Shown here one piece after another: positions 33,446-47,705 of a DNA stretch of 64,000 nucleotides; position 1 is the stretch's first letter; each line of letters starts with the position of its first letter. The notes below the pieces were generated by a model. It saw nothing but the letters and a program-made list of their open reading frames with translations. It did not search any database and was not told where the DNA came from. The DNA is from Eledone cirrhosa (Eukaryota): NCBI GenBank assembly GCA_964016885.1, contig OZ024742.1, forward strand, positions 117,118,001 through 117,182,000, read 5' to 3'. Both the position numbers and the translations under genes were made by a program.

Positions 33446-34084
33446 TTGTAGAGTGGCTAGTCAACGGTATCTCACTCATTAGAGAGGTTTAGGAATGGAG
33501 GTAATCAATGTATATGTGGGGTAGACATGTGAGTATGTTTGTGTGTGTGAAGGTGTGTTCGTATGTTTATAGGAGAATCCTTAGACCATGACTCTGGCTG
33601 CTGAGAGAGCGTGGATGCGTGAGTGAGCATGCATGCGGGAACTGACCGATCTAAGGGCTGTATAAGAATGTATATGAATTTCTACATATACGTACATACA
33701 CACACATAGCAGCAGCCAAGAGAGGCTGTGTAGAAAAGAGGAGGTTGTGAAAATGGTAGTAGCCAGTATATTTCATTACCTGGTATGGTCATAAGAAAAG
33801 TTGCTTAGCTTCTCATATGACAGTACAGTGGTACAAACATAAATGACAAAGCTGCAAAGTTTGAGGTCATTATGTGCCTGGAGGTGGATAAAGCCAAGAG
33901 GTGGTAGGGATGGAGGAAATGTTAGGAAACATTCAATACCAATGATGCCACAGCTGCAGCACTGAATGCCACGTGAACACAGACAAATGCACAAGAGAAA
34001 CAAGCACATATGGACATGAGCACAGGAATGTGCATTGGTGGTGTATGTGTAGGCAGGTGCACATATGTGTGCATACATCCAAAA

Positions 34085-34250
34085 TATGTGCAGAATATTC
34101 ACAATTCTCTCATGGGATATGTTAATAGCATTGGCTATCTGATTTATAGTCAATCGCATGACAGCTATCACCATGTAGTAAACATGGTCAATGTTTTCCT
34201 CAGTGGTGGCAGTAGCAACCATGTCAGTATGAATGCCCATGGGAGCTAAG
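34085..34250 (-). pseudogene. Mariner transposase fragment (old)
   Basis: TATTEENIDHV...RLTINQIANAINISHERIVNILH resembles the mariner N-terminal HTH region. Confidence 0.65.
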
Positions 34251-35784
34251 CCCTTTTTCTGCAGGTACTAGATAACATTACAATGCCAAATTTGGTCCAT
34301 TTTTAAGAGATTTCGCTACCAACTACTTTCGTAGCCTTATTTGAACAGTCAGGTATCAGTTTACCTGGAAATAAACAATGCAGTTATTAATAAAAAGAGT
34401 TGAAAACTACGCATGCAAGATTCCACAGCTCTAGCATCATTGCTTTATAGTCAGCCCAGGAACGTTTCAGCCCACTCTCATATATATCATCCATTCATCA
34501 TCTTTTTTATGTCTTTTTTTCATGTTTGCATGAGTTGGATGGGCCCTTCTCAGCACCGCATCTCTACATCCATCGCAGTCCTTTGTCATCTCCTGTATGA
34601 GTTTCAGTGAATGAGGTCAGCTCTTACAACATCTGCCCAGGTCTTTCTTGCTCTACCTCTACTGTGGCTTCCTTCCACTCGCATTTCCTGGCACTTCATC
34701 ACCTAACAACCATTGTTCATGTGCATCACATGTCCATACCAATGCTGTTTTTTCTCCTGCTACTAGCTCAGATTCCTCTTAAGCCTAACTTCTCCCTCAT
34801 CTCGTTTAAGCTCTGCCTGTCTCTCACATTTAGATTGCACATCCAATGGAGCATGGTTGTTTCGTTTTTCTCCAGTCTACGCATGTTCTCTGCAGTCACA
34901 GCCCATGTTTCACTATCATGCAGCATTGCACTTTGCACATAGGTGTCATACAGCTGTTCTTTTGTACGTAGGGAGAAACCTTTTGTGGTCAAAAGTGGGA
35001 GTAGCTCTCTAAACTTTTTCCATCATATCCATATTCTAGCTATTATGCTCTCATTATCCAATTTTAAACATGGTATTTAAAAATGTTGTGGTATGTGTGT
35101 CCTAGAAGGAAGTGTGTATCTATGAGAGCTAAAATCTTTTTTCCAGCATTAGTTTTGACACTGAAAGGGAAAGAAGAAGGGAGAAGCAGATTTTTTAAAT
35201 CTAGTTCTGAGTTTTTTTCTTATTAGTATTTGTGGAGTGGCCTGGAGAGTAATATATATCTTCACAGGAGTCACTTTTGCCTAATGCGGTATTATAGTAC
35301 AAGGCTGCTCATTCGAAAATAGCTTGGTTTGAAGAGAGATTAGAGATCTGCTTGCTAATATTTTTAACTAAATTTTTGAAGTCTATAGTGGGATGGCAGG
35401 AGTTTTTATTTATTCATTAAAACCCTTACTTATGGTTTTGGATCTGGGGTATTGACGCAAATACAAGTGAGCAAAATAGGGTTCCTCCAAACGGTTTTTT
35501 GGAGCAACATTACTTGCTAGAGTGCATAGCTCAGAGATCTGAGATTTGCTCCAGGTAGAGATGTTACTTTTCCAGAGATGTTACAGCTCTGATACTATGG
35601 AATGTGGTTAGAATGTTATCACATGTCTATAATGACAGTCTTGCACACCAATTCATATTCCTCTTTAACCCAGTTTCTCTGTCAGTTCCTCCAGGCTCTG
35701 CCACACACACACACACACACCCTCTTTCTCTCTCTCTCTCACTCTCACATACATATATATATATATATACATATATACATATAC

Positions 35785-35852
<68 letters not shown>

Positions 35853-38067
35853 GTATATATATGCATGTGTGTATGAAGGTGCATGAAGAATCATAAAACA
35901 ATATTAAAAAATATACTATATAAACGTGAAAAAAGGTTTAAAAGCTACATACAGCTGGGATTTAAAATTAATAGAAATAAATTCAGGAAAATGTTTAACA
36001 TTGAAGGATTGAAAATCAATAGAATGCTTCTATAATATAGATATCAAAGAAATGGATTTCATAATACACAATATCAGTAAATTCCTGCAGAAATTTAAGA
36101 AATGTTGACAGTATTATTTGATTTTTTTAAATGTTCATCTATATTTTATTTTGATTTTTGTAAGTTGTTTCATACTAACATGATTTTTTTCGAAAAATAA
36201 ATATATATTAAATTTTCAAAATGAAATTAAAAAAGAAGGAAACACTGATATGTTTGTGTTGATTTTTGTTATGCAAGTGATTCTTTATTTTTCCTCTTTA
36301 ATCTAAAAAAATCAACCAAATATATTTGCTAAATAAATTGAGTACAGAAAAGAGAGTGTGTGTGTATATAGAGAAATCTGCAAAGAAAAAATAAGGTAAT
36401 ATATGATGCAGTTTTATCTTGAGTTTAAAATGTCACAAGTATTGATATCGTGACAAAAAAAAATGGTTTCTTTCAAGTTCTGGAAACTTATTCAACTATA
36501 AAATTAAAACTCATCCCAGCATTTTAATTTACTCTGTGTATATATATCTGTGCGTGTATGTGATAGAAATCCTTGTATCTATTCCTACTTGTAATATATA
36601 AAAGGAAGGGATATAGTCAGTTTGTTTATTCCAAATCTAGAACTATTATCTAGTTTGTATCAGCTTGGATCATGTTCAAATACAATCAACATTGTCCCAG
36701 TCATAATATTTTATCTTATTTCATCATAGTATAGCTAGGACTACATTATTCTGATGTGCACTTTTTTTTCTTTTAAAATAGCAACACATTATTTGACAGA
36801 TATTTGGCTGCTGTTTCTAGCTGGTTAAATGACCACACAAAGGCTCCATCATATTTTACTGTTGATGATTAGATCTGCTTCACAAAATCCTATCTGGGCT
36901 TCACCAACAACTACTACTACTCTTTTTTTTTAGCAACCTCTGAAGAATAAGAAATATTCTACTCCCACAAGATTTAAACTGGACATATCTGGCCAGAATT
37001 CTCTCATCTCTTTCTGTTCAAACTGGCTGTAACCAGCCACTCGTACTGATGTTAAGGTATTGTTCTCAAAATAGATAATATCAAAATCTCATAGACTCAT
37101 TATTATGTGAAAATATAATAGTAAAAGGTTAAAACTAGAAATATAAAACATTAGTAGTATCTTGCTTGAATCTCTTATCATTTCACTTTCTTTATATAGA
37201 TAAAGGAATACAGAAAAACATTTGGTTTTTCCAAATGATTAGAATTTATATATGTTTTTATATAAAGAAATGGATTGTGTTATTTTAATTTGACAATTGG
37301 AGTAAATATCAATTTACAATAAACTTAAAATAAAACAGTATCCAACTAACACAAAAACAAAAAGTCAATAGATAAATGAACAACTAAAGATGTATGTACA
37401 TATATATAGATATATATCATCATCATTTAACGTCCATTTTTCCATGCTAGCATGGGTTAGACGAGTTGTCCCGTTGCGAGTCAAGTCAGATCAGATGACG
37501 GTGTCTTACTCATACAGAACAGTTTCAGGCTTGTTTTCTATGGCTGAATGCCCTTCCTAATGCCAATCACATTTACAATGTCGACTGGGTGCTTTTTACC
37601 ATGCCACCAAAAAGACCACTTTGCCTCATATATATATATGTGTGTGTGTGTGCTTATATATATGTATGTATGAAAAAAAAAATGTATAATACATGTATGT
37701 ATATATATATAATAATAATGATAATAATAAAAAGGATGATTTGTTAAGTCTTCATTATGTTTATTGAGTAGTGACGCACTTTTCGCTATTGAGCGGCTCA
37801 AGGTTCGATCTGTATCGATCTGGCCCGACTGGAATCAAAAACTGATTGTACTTTTTTTGTGGTAATAACAGAATGAATCTCTTAAGGATTTGAAATAGTA
37901 TATAACGATTAATATTCATTTATGGTGGTCAGGTTTAGTTCGTTTTGATTAAAGGTTTTGCTAGAAGGAATGTTTGGGTATGTGTGATAGGTGAAGGGGA
38001 GAATTATAATGAAGAGATGGTGGAAGAGAGATGGTGGGGGAAAGCAAACCCTAAATATATATATGTA

Positions 38068-38408
38068 TGTGGTAAAGTGAAGACACCCTTTGGTCATGGA
38101 TGACCATGGGATTTGCACCTAGAAAATTCTTTCCTAGGCACAAGTTTAGGCAAGGTTGTTTGGGGAAGACCAGCAGTTGCCCTTGCATACCAGGCTCCTC
38201 TTCTCCATGCTACCGATGTTGTCTAAGGAAAACACAATGGCTGATACAACTTGACACCAGTGACATTGCAACTCATTTCTACAACTATGTAAATTGGAGC
38301 AGCATGAAATTAAGTGTCTTGCTCAAGGACACAACATATCACCTGATCCAGAAATCAAACTCACAACCTCATTATTGCAAGCCCAATTCTCTAACCACTA
38401 AGACACAC
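38068..38408 (-). mobile_element. SINE family C (family B-like head, different tail)
   Basis: Reverse-complement homologue of 51268-51590. Confidence 0.8.
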
Positions 38409-38434
38409 CTTCATATATATATATATATATATAT

Positions 38435-38501
38435 CAGAAGATCCCGTTAAGGGTGAAACCAGCGATTCTTTGCTTAAACTTTAATCTGTTATTTTAATAA
38501 A
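38435..38501 (+). repeat. Solo copy of the CAGAAGA hammerhead-like segment inside (TA)n
   Basis: Matches 9655-9721 at all but one position. Confidence 0.85.
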
Positions 38502-38726
38502 TATATATATATATCTCAAAACTTGATCAACAAGATCCATGGCCTCATTCGTTTAACGAGTAGGGCGGAGCCCATCAAATTGGACCGAGGAAACAATGTT
38601 TCCATTGATGTTTCCAATTGCTAATACTATCTGTCGGCAGAAATACACACACACACACATCTATAATGACATTTATGTAATAATCCTCTTCACAGTTATG
38701 GTATCATGCAAATGTTAGTACACAAG

Positions 38727-38878
38727 GAATTGTATTAATAATTAGAGCTGGACACAAAGAGATATGTCACTTCATCTGACTCATATAGATTGATTGATTC
38801 TGAATTTGGTAGCATTTGTAATGGTCTGACAGAGTGACGTAACCCTTTTCGTCCAGCTATAATTAGTTACACAATTCC
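38727..38878. repeat. Small inverted-repeat element
   Basis: GGAATTGT..TAATTAGAGCTGGAC..GTCACT / AGTGAC..GTCCAGCTATAATTA..ACAATTCC. Confidence 0.6.
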
Positions 38879-41800
38879 CTTGGTATAAACGTGTATGTGG
38901 AGTTCAAATCCCACTAGGATCGACTTTACCTTCTTCTTATTTGCCCACTTATTCCTGAAAGGGTCATGATGGCAAAGTCCTCAAACACTCCTTCCAGCGG
39001 GTCCTGTCAGAAGTAACCATCTCCAACTGATCTGGCTGGATCCCCAAACGAGACCAGCCAGGCTCATGCATGTTATCAACCATCTTGCTTGGGGTCTACC
39101 TCTGGGTCTCCTGCCTGTTGGTTTTGCCCATAAAATTTGCTAGTGGTTCTTTCCTGGGACTTTCTAACCACATCCCCATAGTATCTGAGCTGTGATTTCT
39201 CAATTCAGAGAATTTGTGGCTCTACCTAGAGTGACTTTCTGATCTCTGAGCTATGCACTCTATTGAGTAATGTTACTCCAAAGACCCTTCAGAGGAACCC
39301 CATTTTGGCTGTTTGTATTCATGATTGCATTTTTTTGGTCATTACCCAAGATTACACCTACCTCCCTTCTTCTGATTACTGAATGCTGAAGCTGGTGTAT
39401 TATCAATCCAGCTCCTTCAAGCCTTGCCCTTAATTCAGCATAAAGTGCTAAATTGGGATGGTAAACTGAGTGTGTCAAACAGGATGCCTTTTGGTATTTT
39501 TTGTGGTGTTTTACATTTTGACTTTGTATTCTAATGAGCTTTAATCTAATGGCCAGTTTAACCCCATCATTTATCCCTTTTTTGCCTTTAGTGCTCTAAA
39601 TTGTTGCAAGCATTTAGGCCAGATTTTCAATTTAAGGTTATCTACCTCCCTCCTTTACTATCTCCTCTCAGAGGCTCTGAAAATGTAAAGAATCATGGAC
39701 CCTTCTCCCACCTTGACTAAGCAACTATAAAAAAAAAAGAGAGCTAAATTTCTTTTATTCACAACTGAAGTAGCAGTAACAGTTGAATTATTATGGAGGT
39801 TATGATTATAATAAACAGTTTTAAAAAGTATGTTTAAATATTCATTGAGCCTAGAGTTCATCACTTCAGAGTGTATCTCAGTACTAAGTGACACAGGGTT
39901 TGAGATCATTCCAATCCATTGCAAGATTAACTACCAGTTACTGCTGGTATACAATTTTTCAGCTGAGTGTATTACTCAAGGACAGAACAGACTACCAATT
40001 CAAAGATCAAACCCATTACCTTACAAATAGAAATAGGCACTCTAATATCTTGGATGCACTCTTTTGAATTTTAAACAAATTCTAAATCCCTACATTAAGA
40101 AACTAAATTACAATGAAAAAAGTAGTTTTAAAACACTTTCATGTTGTGTGCTACAGAAATCTCCATAAAATGTTTAACATTAAATAAATGAAAGTGAAAT
40201 CATAATGTTTATTTATATTAAAATATCCCTCATTTTTGATATTAATGATGACTTTAATATCAACATTGCTACTATTATTAACTTCATTTTCATAGAATGT
40301 TATCAGCTTCATCACTTAGATGGGGAGTTTTTCATTTTAGATTTCTTTCCAGGTTAAAAATGAAAAACATTGTGTTTGTTTTGTCTTTCTAAATGTGTGT
40401 GTATTGTGTATGTGTGAATATATATATATGTGTGTGTGTGTTTGAATTCAGAGCCTTTCTGGCATTGTCAGAAAAAGAATGAAAATGATAACTTATTTTT
40501 TTTAATGAATAATCTCTCAATAAATTGAAATAAATTGAAATAAATTGAAAAGCAGTAAAGATTTATGGATCTGATAAAAACAAAACAAAACAATATTTCT
40601 AAATCTCTTAAATATATAAACAAATGGCACTATATTTTATTAGTATAAAACATTTGGTAGTAAAATTTAAAATTATTGTTATTCAGAATTTAAAATTATC
40701 ATTTACTAAACTGCTAGAGAGACAGAGAGAATTGACTGAAAATGTACAAAAATCTGTTTTATAAAGAAGTTTTAAATAAAAATAGAGGAGCAGAGCCGTG
40801 TGGTTGAAGAGTTCATTTCACAACCAGATGGCTTCAGCTTTATTCCCACTTTATTCTCCTACTATAGCCATAGGTTGACCAATGCCTTGTGAGTGAAAGA
40901 AGTGGGGAACACTAACATAGCATGATTAATAATAACGGTGATTATTAAGATGTTTATGTTTAATAAATTTCACCTCCACGGTAAAACGTGTAATATTCGC
41001 CCCCAAAGAATTTCTCGGCTTATGTACATAGTTAATGAATATAAATTAGTCAATTAATATTTCTAATAATTTTGTTGTACTTGTTTATTCTTTTTTAAAT
41101 CTTATTCAACTAGCTGAAAAATATATTTTTCTTCTTCTTTAGCCAGTCTTGTTACAATTATAGGTTCCTGCATGGTATTGGAAATGATGGAGGCTTGAGA
41201 TACTTTGTGTTCAACTTGAAAATATCGCTTCACTGAATATGACATACGACAGTCGAGATTTTCAAATGTCATTATAACTAATCTTACTGTCAGAAAAACA
41301 AACTGATATCCATCAATACGATTCTAAAACCATTTATGAAAAACAGAGGTTATTTTTATAAAAATAAGATAATACAAGTGAACATGTGAAGAGGGTGTAG
41401 AGAGGTCGTGGTGATGCTTCTCATAAACCAAATATCCCAGTCACAATTACATGCAATGAGATGGACAGACAAACCATAAAGTTTTTCCTTGACAACCACT
41501 ATTCCCTATTGATTTATATACATCATTTATGTAGTGGATTACTGAACAAATTACCTAGAGCATTGAACAAAATGCCTGTGATATTTAGTGATAGCTCTTT
41601 ACAGACTAAGTTCAACCTTTTTTTCACCAGTTGATAAAGTAAAATACTGATGTTAAAACAACTGACAAATAGCCACGCCCCAGGATTTGTGTCATTGCAC
41701 CAATATTATTAATTGATATTAGACATAAATGGATTAGCAGTATCAGTAGAGTGTAAAACAAAAAGATTTTCAGTTTTCTACATTCTGAGTTCAAATTCTG

Positions 41801-42274
41801 CCGAGGTCAACATGCTGATGTTGGTTTATTTTGTATGATTATTCAATACTGTAGAATATATATGGAACATTTGGCGACCCTAATGTCACATCAAAGTTTC
41901 CTTTTTTTACTGCTTTCAAAACCCGAATTCAGTCATGTGACCATTACTCAGAATTTTCTTGATGATCAGTTTACACTTGGAGAGAAAATGAGTTTGCCAG
42001 CAAAGTTTGTTTTTTTATTAAGTTTTATAGTTAAGTTTTCATCCATTTATCCATGCTAATACTTTAAAATTATGTTTTAAAAGGTTACTTATAAAAGTAA
42101 ACAAGCAACAATTTTTTTTATTTTTATTATAACCTAGTAACATTTTTCACATTTTCATTCATCTTCAAAATGGCAAGAGTCAGTGAACTCAGTTTCCAGT
42201 TTCCTCTCTACTTCTTCAATCTTTCGCAACAACAACAAGTGAAGAGAAGAAGAATATTATCATTCTCAGAAGGA

Positions 42275-42910
42275 CAACCTCTGCATCTCCATTGCACTTT
42301 GAATGAAGCCGATGTATGTGTGTGTGTGTGTGGAGGGGGGGGGGGGGCTGAGATGTTGCTGTAGTAGGTCCCTTGACTCCACATGCTTCCAGCTACCTGA
42401 ATGCTGGTTGCTTCTCCCTCTACACCAAGCTAAACCTGATAATCAAGTGGACCCTAGCTGGATTATCCAGAAGTGATGGAAAGAGACCAGGTGGTATTAG
42501 CCTTTGTCGCTGAGTAAGAGGCTGATATATCATCTGGGACACCACAGTCAGTGACTCTTTTGTGCCCTCCCATATCATAGATGCTGCAGTAAATGTGAGG
42601 GTTATTGTTTTATTGCAAAATGGAATAAAATCAAAAAAAACTAGGAACTATCAAACAATCATTTTTTCCATCCTGTGGTGTTTGAGACGTTTGGTGGAGC
42701 TGTGCCACTGACAGGGAAGTTCTTGTTATCATTGGCTACTCCTTTTACCAAGGTGCGAGGTGATGCTTATGGGGGTGCCTAGTTGTTTCAACGTCTTAAC
42801 CACGCCATCACATGCGGTAATGCTGTGAGCATGTTGGCTTGCCTCAAATATTTCTATTGACCTTTGTGATATGCAACCGACTGTCACACTTGGTGGTGAA
42901 TTGATGGTCG
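42275..42910 (+). pseudogene. Relic of a restriction-like-endonuclease non-LTR retrotransposon (CRE-like) C-terminus
   Basis: LCISIAL; SDGKRPGGISLCR*VRG*YIIWDTTVSDS (~RPDG..PW..G..LxWDxTV); FHPVVFETFGG. Confidence 0.7.
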
Positions 42911-43199
42911 TTTTTCTTTTTGTTTCCTTTTTTTTTCTTTCTCTCGATTTGATCATATATTTTGGTGCGTTGTATTTGTAAGGTTCCTAGCAACAGTTAA
43001 TTGTATTTATTATATGTTTATATTTTCATTCTGAAAGAATTGTGAACAATTTGTAATGTTATTCATACAACTGTGAATTAAAAGCTTGAACTGAAAATCA
43101 AACTGTATTGCAAGGAATGTCATCGTTATTTTGATTCCCAGTCTGTTTCCCATGTCAGTTATTTTGTCAAAATAAGATCACATGGGCTCAGAATCAAAG

Positions 43200-43700
43200 A
43201 AGAAGGATACTGCACCACAGGGTAGGTTAAAGGGGTGATAGGTGAAGAGAAAAGAGGTGCAGGTATTGGGGGAAGTCATGGGCTGTGGAAGTTAGTGGGT
43301 TTGTAGAAGATGGGGGTAGAGAAGGTGTGGTGAGTGTGGTCGTTAGAGAGAAAGAGATGTTGAAAATGTGGATGGACGAATCAGAGACAGGTGGTGGTGA
43401 GGGCAGGATGAAAATACTGGATAAAGGAAAGAAAGAAGGTAAGAAGGTGAGCTGTTCATTGGAAAGAGAGATGACACCTATACAATCACTGATATAGCAA
43501 TTATATAGCTCATGGGTGGGTCCAGTGTACTGGAAAATGATCTGGGCCTCAACATAACCAACAAATAAGGTGGAATAGTTTGGGCCCATTCTGGTTCCCA
43601 TAGCTACCCCAGAGATCTGTTAGTAAAATTCTCCAGTAAAGGAAAAACCATTAAGAGTTAGAATGAGCTCAGCAAGGCAGAGAAGAGTGGAAGTACTAAA
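43200..43700 (-). pseudogene. Penelope-like element reverse transcriptase relic
   Basis: QISGVAMGTRMGPNYSTLFVGYVE..YISDCIG (~AMGTxMGPxYA..RYIDD). Confidence 0.8.
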
Positions 43701-44977
43701 TGCACAGATATTGTCATTCCTTTTCTCTTTTTATCCCTTTCTATTTTCACCACCAGCCCACCTACCTACATTCTCTCTCACTGTATCATCATCATCATCA
43801 TCATCATCATCATGTGATAAATAACTCTAATTCTGGTAATGTTACATTTATTTATTCTTCACCCTGAGATGTAGGGAAGGATAAAATTCTACATTTAATT
43901 TCTCTTTCATTTTAAATTACTTTACAAAACTGTTTGGAGAAACACTCGCATATATATCAAATTGCTTTGTTTATATTCATCTACATAATTTTCTGATATA
44001 AGCAAAATATTTTTGTTTTCTCTCAAGACACCAGTAAAATTGTATGTTTTCATAGGAAATATTGATTACCTGCTTATCAATTTGTGGTGCATTATATAGA
44101 AGTTTATCACAATCCATATAGGAAAAGAGTATAAATCATATTTAGTTAGAAAAAAATAGAACATCAAAATTCAAAATGGCATCTTTTATTTCAGTGTAAC
44201 ATTTATCATCATTTGACAGATTTAATCATCCATTCAAAGTGAGGAGTAAAAACAAAGATAAACTGAAATAGAGCTAATTTAATAACTAGAGTTAACTTTT
44301 TTTACAAATATTTTCTTGGTTTTCTTGTTGTTGCTGTTGTTATTGTTGGGGTGTGTATATTTTTTTATATATATATATCGACTGATTTAACTTTTGATAC
44401 TGAGTTGTATATATTTTAAAATTATTTTTATTTATTTTGGCATTTTATTAGCAGCAAGAACTAAGATATTAGTGGTTTAGAAACATTTAATCATAGGAAC
44501 TTAAAAAAAGAAAAAATGTGTTGCTAATCAGTAATTCCTCATTGAAGATGGTAAACAAAGTTCATCTTACAGCTTTATCCATTTCAAGACCAAACACAAA
44601 TCAATGTAAGAATATCAAAAGGAAGTTAAAATTACTATTACATGGTATGACTTTTTTTTTCTTTAAAAGATTTTATATTCCTAACAAATACATGTTGGAA
44701 GTGTCATGATAGCCATATAAAACACACATAAATAATGTTTTATTTACTGTTATTTTGTTTTGTAAGAGTATGTCAACAGGAATGTAGGCTTTACTTAGCC
44801 AATTATCAAGTCAGACGAAGGAAACTACATCTTCATTGATCTTTCCACTGCTGATATGATCAGTCAGTTGTTACTTGCTACAGAAGCTTGGCATTTTTCT
44901 GGTGACAGCAGGTGGGATTTAAACTCAGAACATATAACTAGAACAGATATTACAAAACATCTAACATCATAATTTAA

Positions 44978-45184
44978 CCCTTTACCATTTACATTACTCT
45001 AGATTACTATCATATTTTCATGGTAAAGGCTTTACCTCACATAATTATCTCACATAATATCGAATCTATGAGATTTTGATATTATTTATTTTGAGAACAA
45101 TACCTTAACATAAGTATGCACAGCCAGTTACAGATGGTTTGAACAGAAAGAGGTCAGATAATTCTGGTCAGATACGGCTGGTTT

Positions 45185-45229
<45 letters not shown>

Positions 45230-45541
45230 GTCCCTTGACTTCTGTAATCATCAGGGGGATCCTACTGCAGAAGCAGGGCACACTCAAAATAGCCTATCAA
45301 CGGCCGTTGTCAACAAATTTGGTGTCATCATTTGCATCCATTCTTTGACATTGTCCAACCAGTTTTTAGCGTTGGTGTCCCCTCCTGTGCACACCCTCAA
45401 TGGTGCCTTGCATGATGATCTTGCACTGGCTCTTATGTTGTGTGACATGCCTAAACCATGCCAGGTTCCTTCTCTTGACAGTGGCAAGGAGAGGTTCCAG
45501 GTGACCCACATAACTTTTAACCTGGTTTAAATGCTAAAGGG
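44978..45541. mobile_element. piggyBac-like MITE with nested RTE fragment
   Basis: TTAA-CCCTTTACCATTTA...TAAATGCTAAAGGG-TTAA; related copies at 55734-55950 and ~36970-37132. Confidence 0.8.
45189..45521 (-). mobile_element. RTE 3' fragment with (TGA)n tail and TSD
   Basis: TSD CTGGTTTAAAT at 45178-45188 and 45522-45532; WLDNVKEW motif. Confidence 0.85.
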
Positions 45542-45777
45542 TTAACAATTTAGCCATTCGACTCAAGCTGAATCAGAACTTTATTTATCAACCTAAGATT
45601 TGAACCCTGAACTCAGACCCAGAATTAACACTAAGATATTCACTTAGGAGTAAACAAGGACTCATAATATTGAACAAATTGAACATCAATCTCTATCTAG
45701 TGACCATCAGTGATTGCAGACAAGGTGTGATATGATATAGACATGTGACATAACATCTAAATGTGTGACAGATTGTG

Positions 45778-46175
45778 AAGACGCATGGCTTAGTGGTTAC
45801 AGCATTGGCCTTGCAATCGAAAGGTTGTAAATTCAATTCTCGGACTGGGTGATGTGTTGTTTCCTTGAGCAAGACACTTTATTTCACATTGCTCTAGTTT
45901 ACTCAACTGTAGAAATGAGATGATAGGACTGGGGTCCCTATCATTCCACTGCAAAGTGGTTGTGGAGGTGCCACAGCAAAAAAGCACCCAGCACTCACTG
46001 TAAATGAGGTTGGTGTTAGGAAGGGTATCCAGCTGTAGAAATCAAGCCAGAATCAGTTCCCGTATGAGCAAGACAAGGTCAGCCGACTGGACACTGCCCA
46101 CAACAGGACAACCCGTCTAACCCATGCTAGCGTGGAAGAACGGACATAAAACAGTGATGATGATGATGATGATGT
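45778..46175 (+). mobile_element. Full-length SINE family B
   Basis: Near-identical to 12800-13255. Confidence 0.9.
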
Positions 46176-46376
46176 ACATATGTGACACTGTATAACACAT
46201 TTGTATGTGTGGCTGACTGTAAAACATGAATATATATGATAGTGTGTAACACAACATATACATCTGTGACAGTGTGTAAAATATGTACATGTCTAACAGT
46301 GTGTGTAACATATTTACAATGTGTATTACATGTAAATGTGTGACAGAATGTGTACATGTGACCCAATATGTACATA
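46176..46376. repeat. Degenerate minisatellite
   Basis: TGTGACAGTGTGTAA(C/A)A(C)ATATGTACA-like units. Confidence 0.65.
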
Positions 46377-47667
46377 TTCTATCAGATAGTTTATATGAAG
46401 CTTATCTATGGACATCTATCTTTCATAATTTCTCAAACATCAAAGACTAACCAGATTATTTTGATATCACCTTAGAAGAAACACGTGTATATAAAACCTA
46501 ATAAGCAGCACTTCTGTGTCTGCATGTGTATCTGTGTGTGTGTGTGTGTGTGCACACACAGATATTAAGCAGAATAGGTTAAAGTGAAATCCTAATCTGC
46601 TAGAATCAGCATCTCACCAACACAGCAGAAAAAAAATTATGCATAAGATAATAACAACCATGTCAAAGCAAATTTTTTAAATGGGAATTCAAATGAATGG
46701 AAAAGATAAACTACATATCTATATTAATGCCATGTTCATACATTTCAAATGTTGGCATAGCTTCTGCTTCTGTATGCCATTCTTAGCACTAATCACTTGA
46801 CTGGATTACTGGGTCCATTTTATCATAGCGGCAGCACTAGAAAGGTTGTTTAGTGCTGGTGCCATAATAAAATCCCCCTGTCTAAAGTTTGATGCAAAGA
46901 AGGACATACAGTCGTAGATACTAATATATATATATATGAAGTGGTAGTGAATGGATTATTCGTTTGTTTGTGACCAAGTTAGGTTTTAATTTGATGTTGT
47001 GTTGTTCAATGAATTGGTTAGTGGTTCATTGTAGTGTGGCAGGAATTTGTAGCAATAACCATTGGATTGATGGGTGATCTTTCCCATATAAAGCACTGTG
47101 TTGAATGCTGCAGTGAATGAATAGCAAACAGAATCTTCTACTTAAATAACTTTATTAATGAATAACTTACTTGGATGTTATTGTGATAATATAGGAAAAA
47201 CAACAGATAGTCAGAGTAAAATTGTGTGTTTGTGTGATAGTTTGGCATGGATGCTTATAGTAATAGCTTATAGTAATAGCTTATAGTAATAGTTGTTTTA
47301 TGCAACTAACTATTGTTGATAGAATGACTGTCTTAGCTCTCTGGCCTAAAATCTGAGACCCAATGGGTCAAACTGAATCTTTTATGACCTGAAGCAAACT
47401 CCCTTGGACAGCTGAGGGTAGAGTATTTATAAGGATGTCATTATACTATGACAATAAGCAGATGGCCTCAAGAAAAAACGATTCCTTCAGGCAATTTGGT
47501 GACATGAGTCCCCAAAACAGAGAAGTAAATATCTATGAGATCAAAAGGTCAGTGTGTGAGTGTGTGTGTGTGTTTGTGTGGTCGCAATGACCTATTTAGC
47601 TAACCAGGGAACAAAAGTTCAATTCCCTCTGCTTAGATTCACTGCATATATACATATATATATCATG

Positions 47668-47705
<38 letters not shown>

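Noticed and set aside
41143-41240. Acceptor-like site followed by QSCYNYRFLHGIGNDGG
   Set aside because: Stops in all frames within ~100 nt, no clear donor, no recognisable homologue
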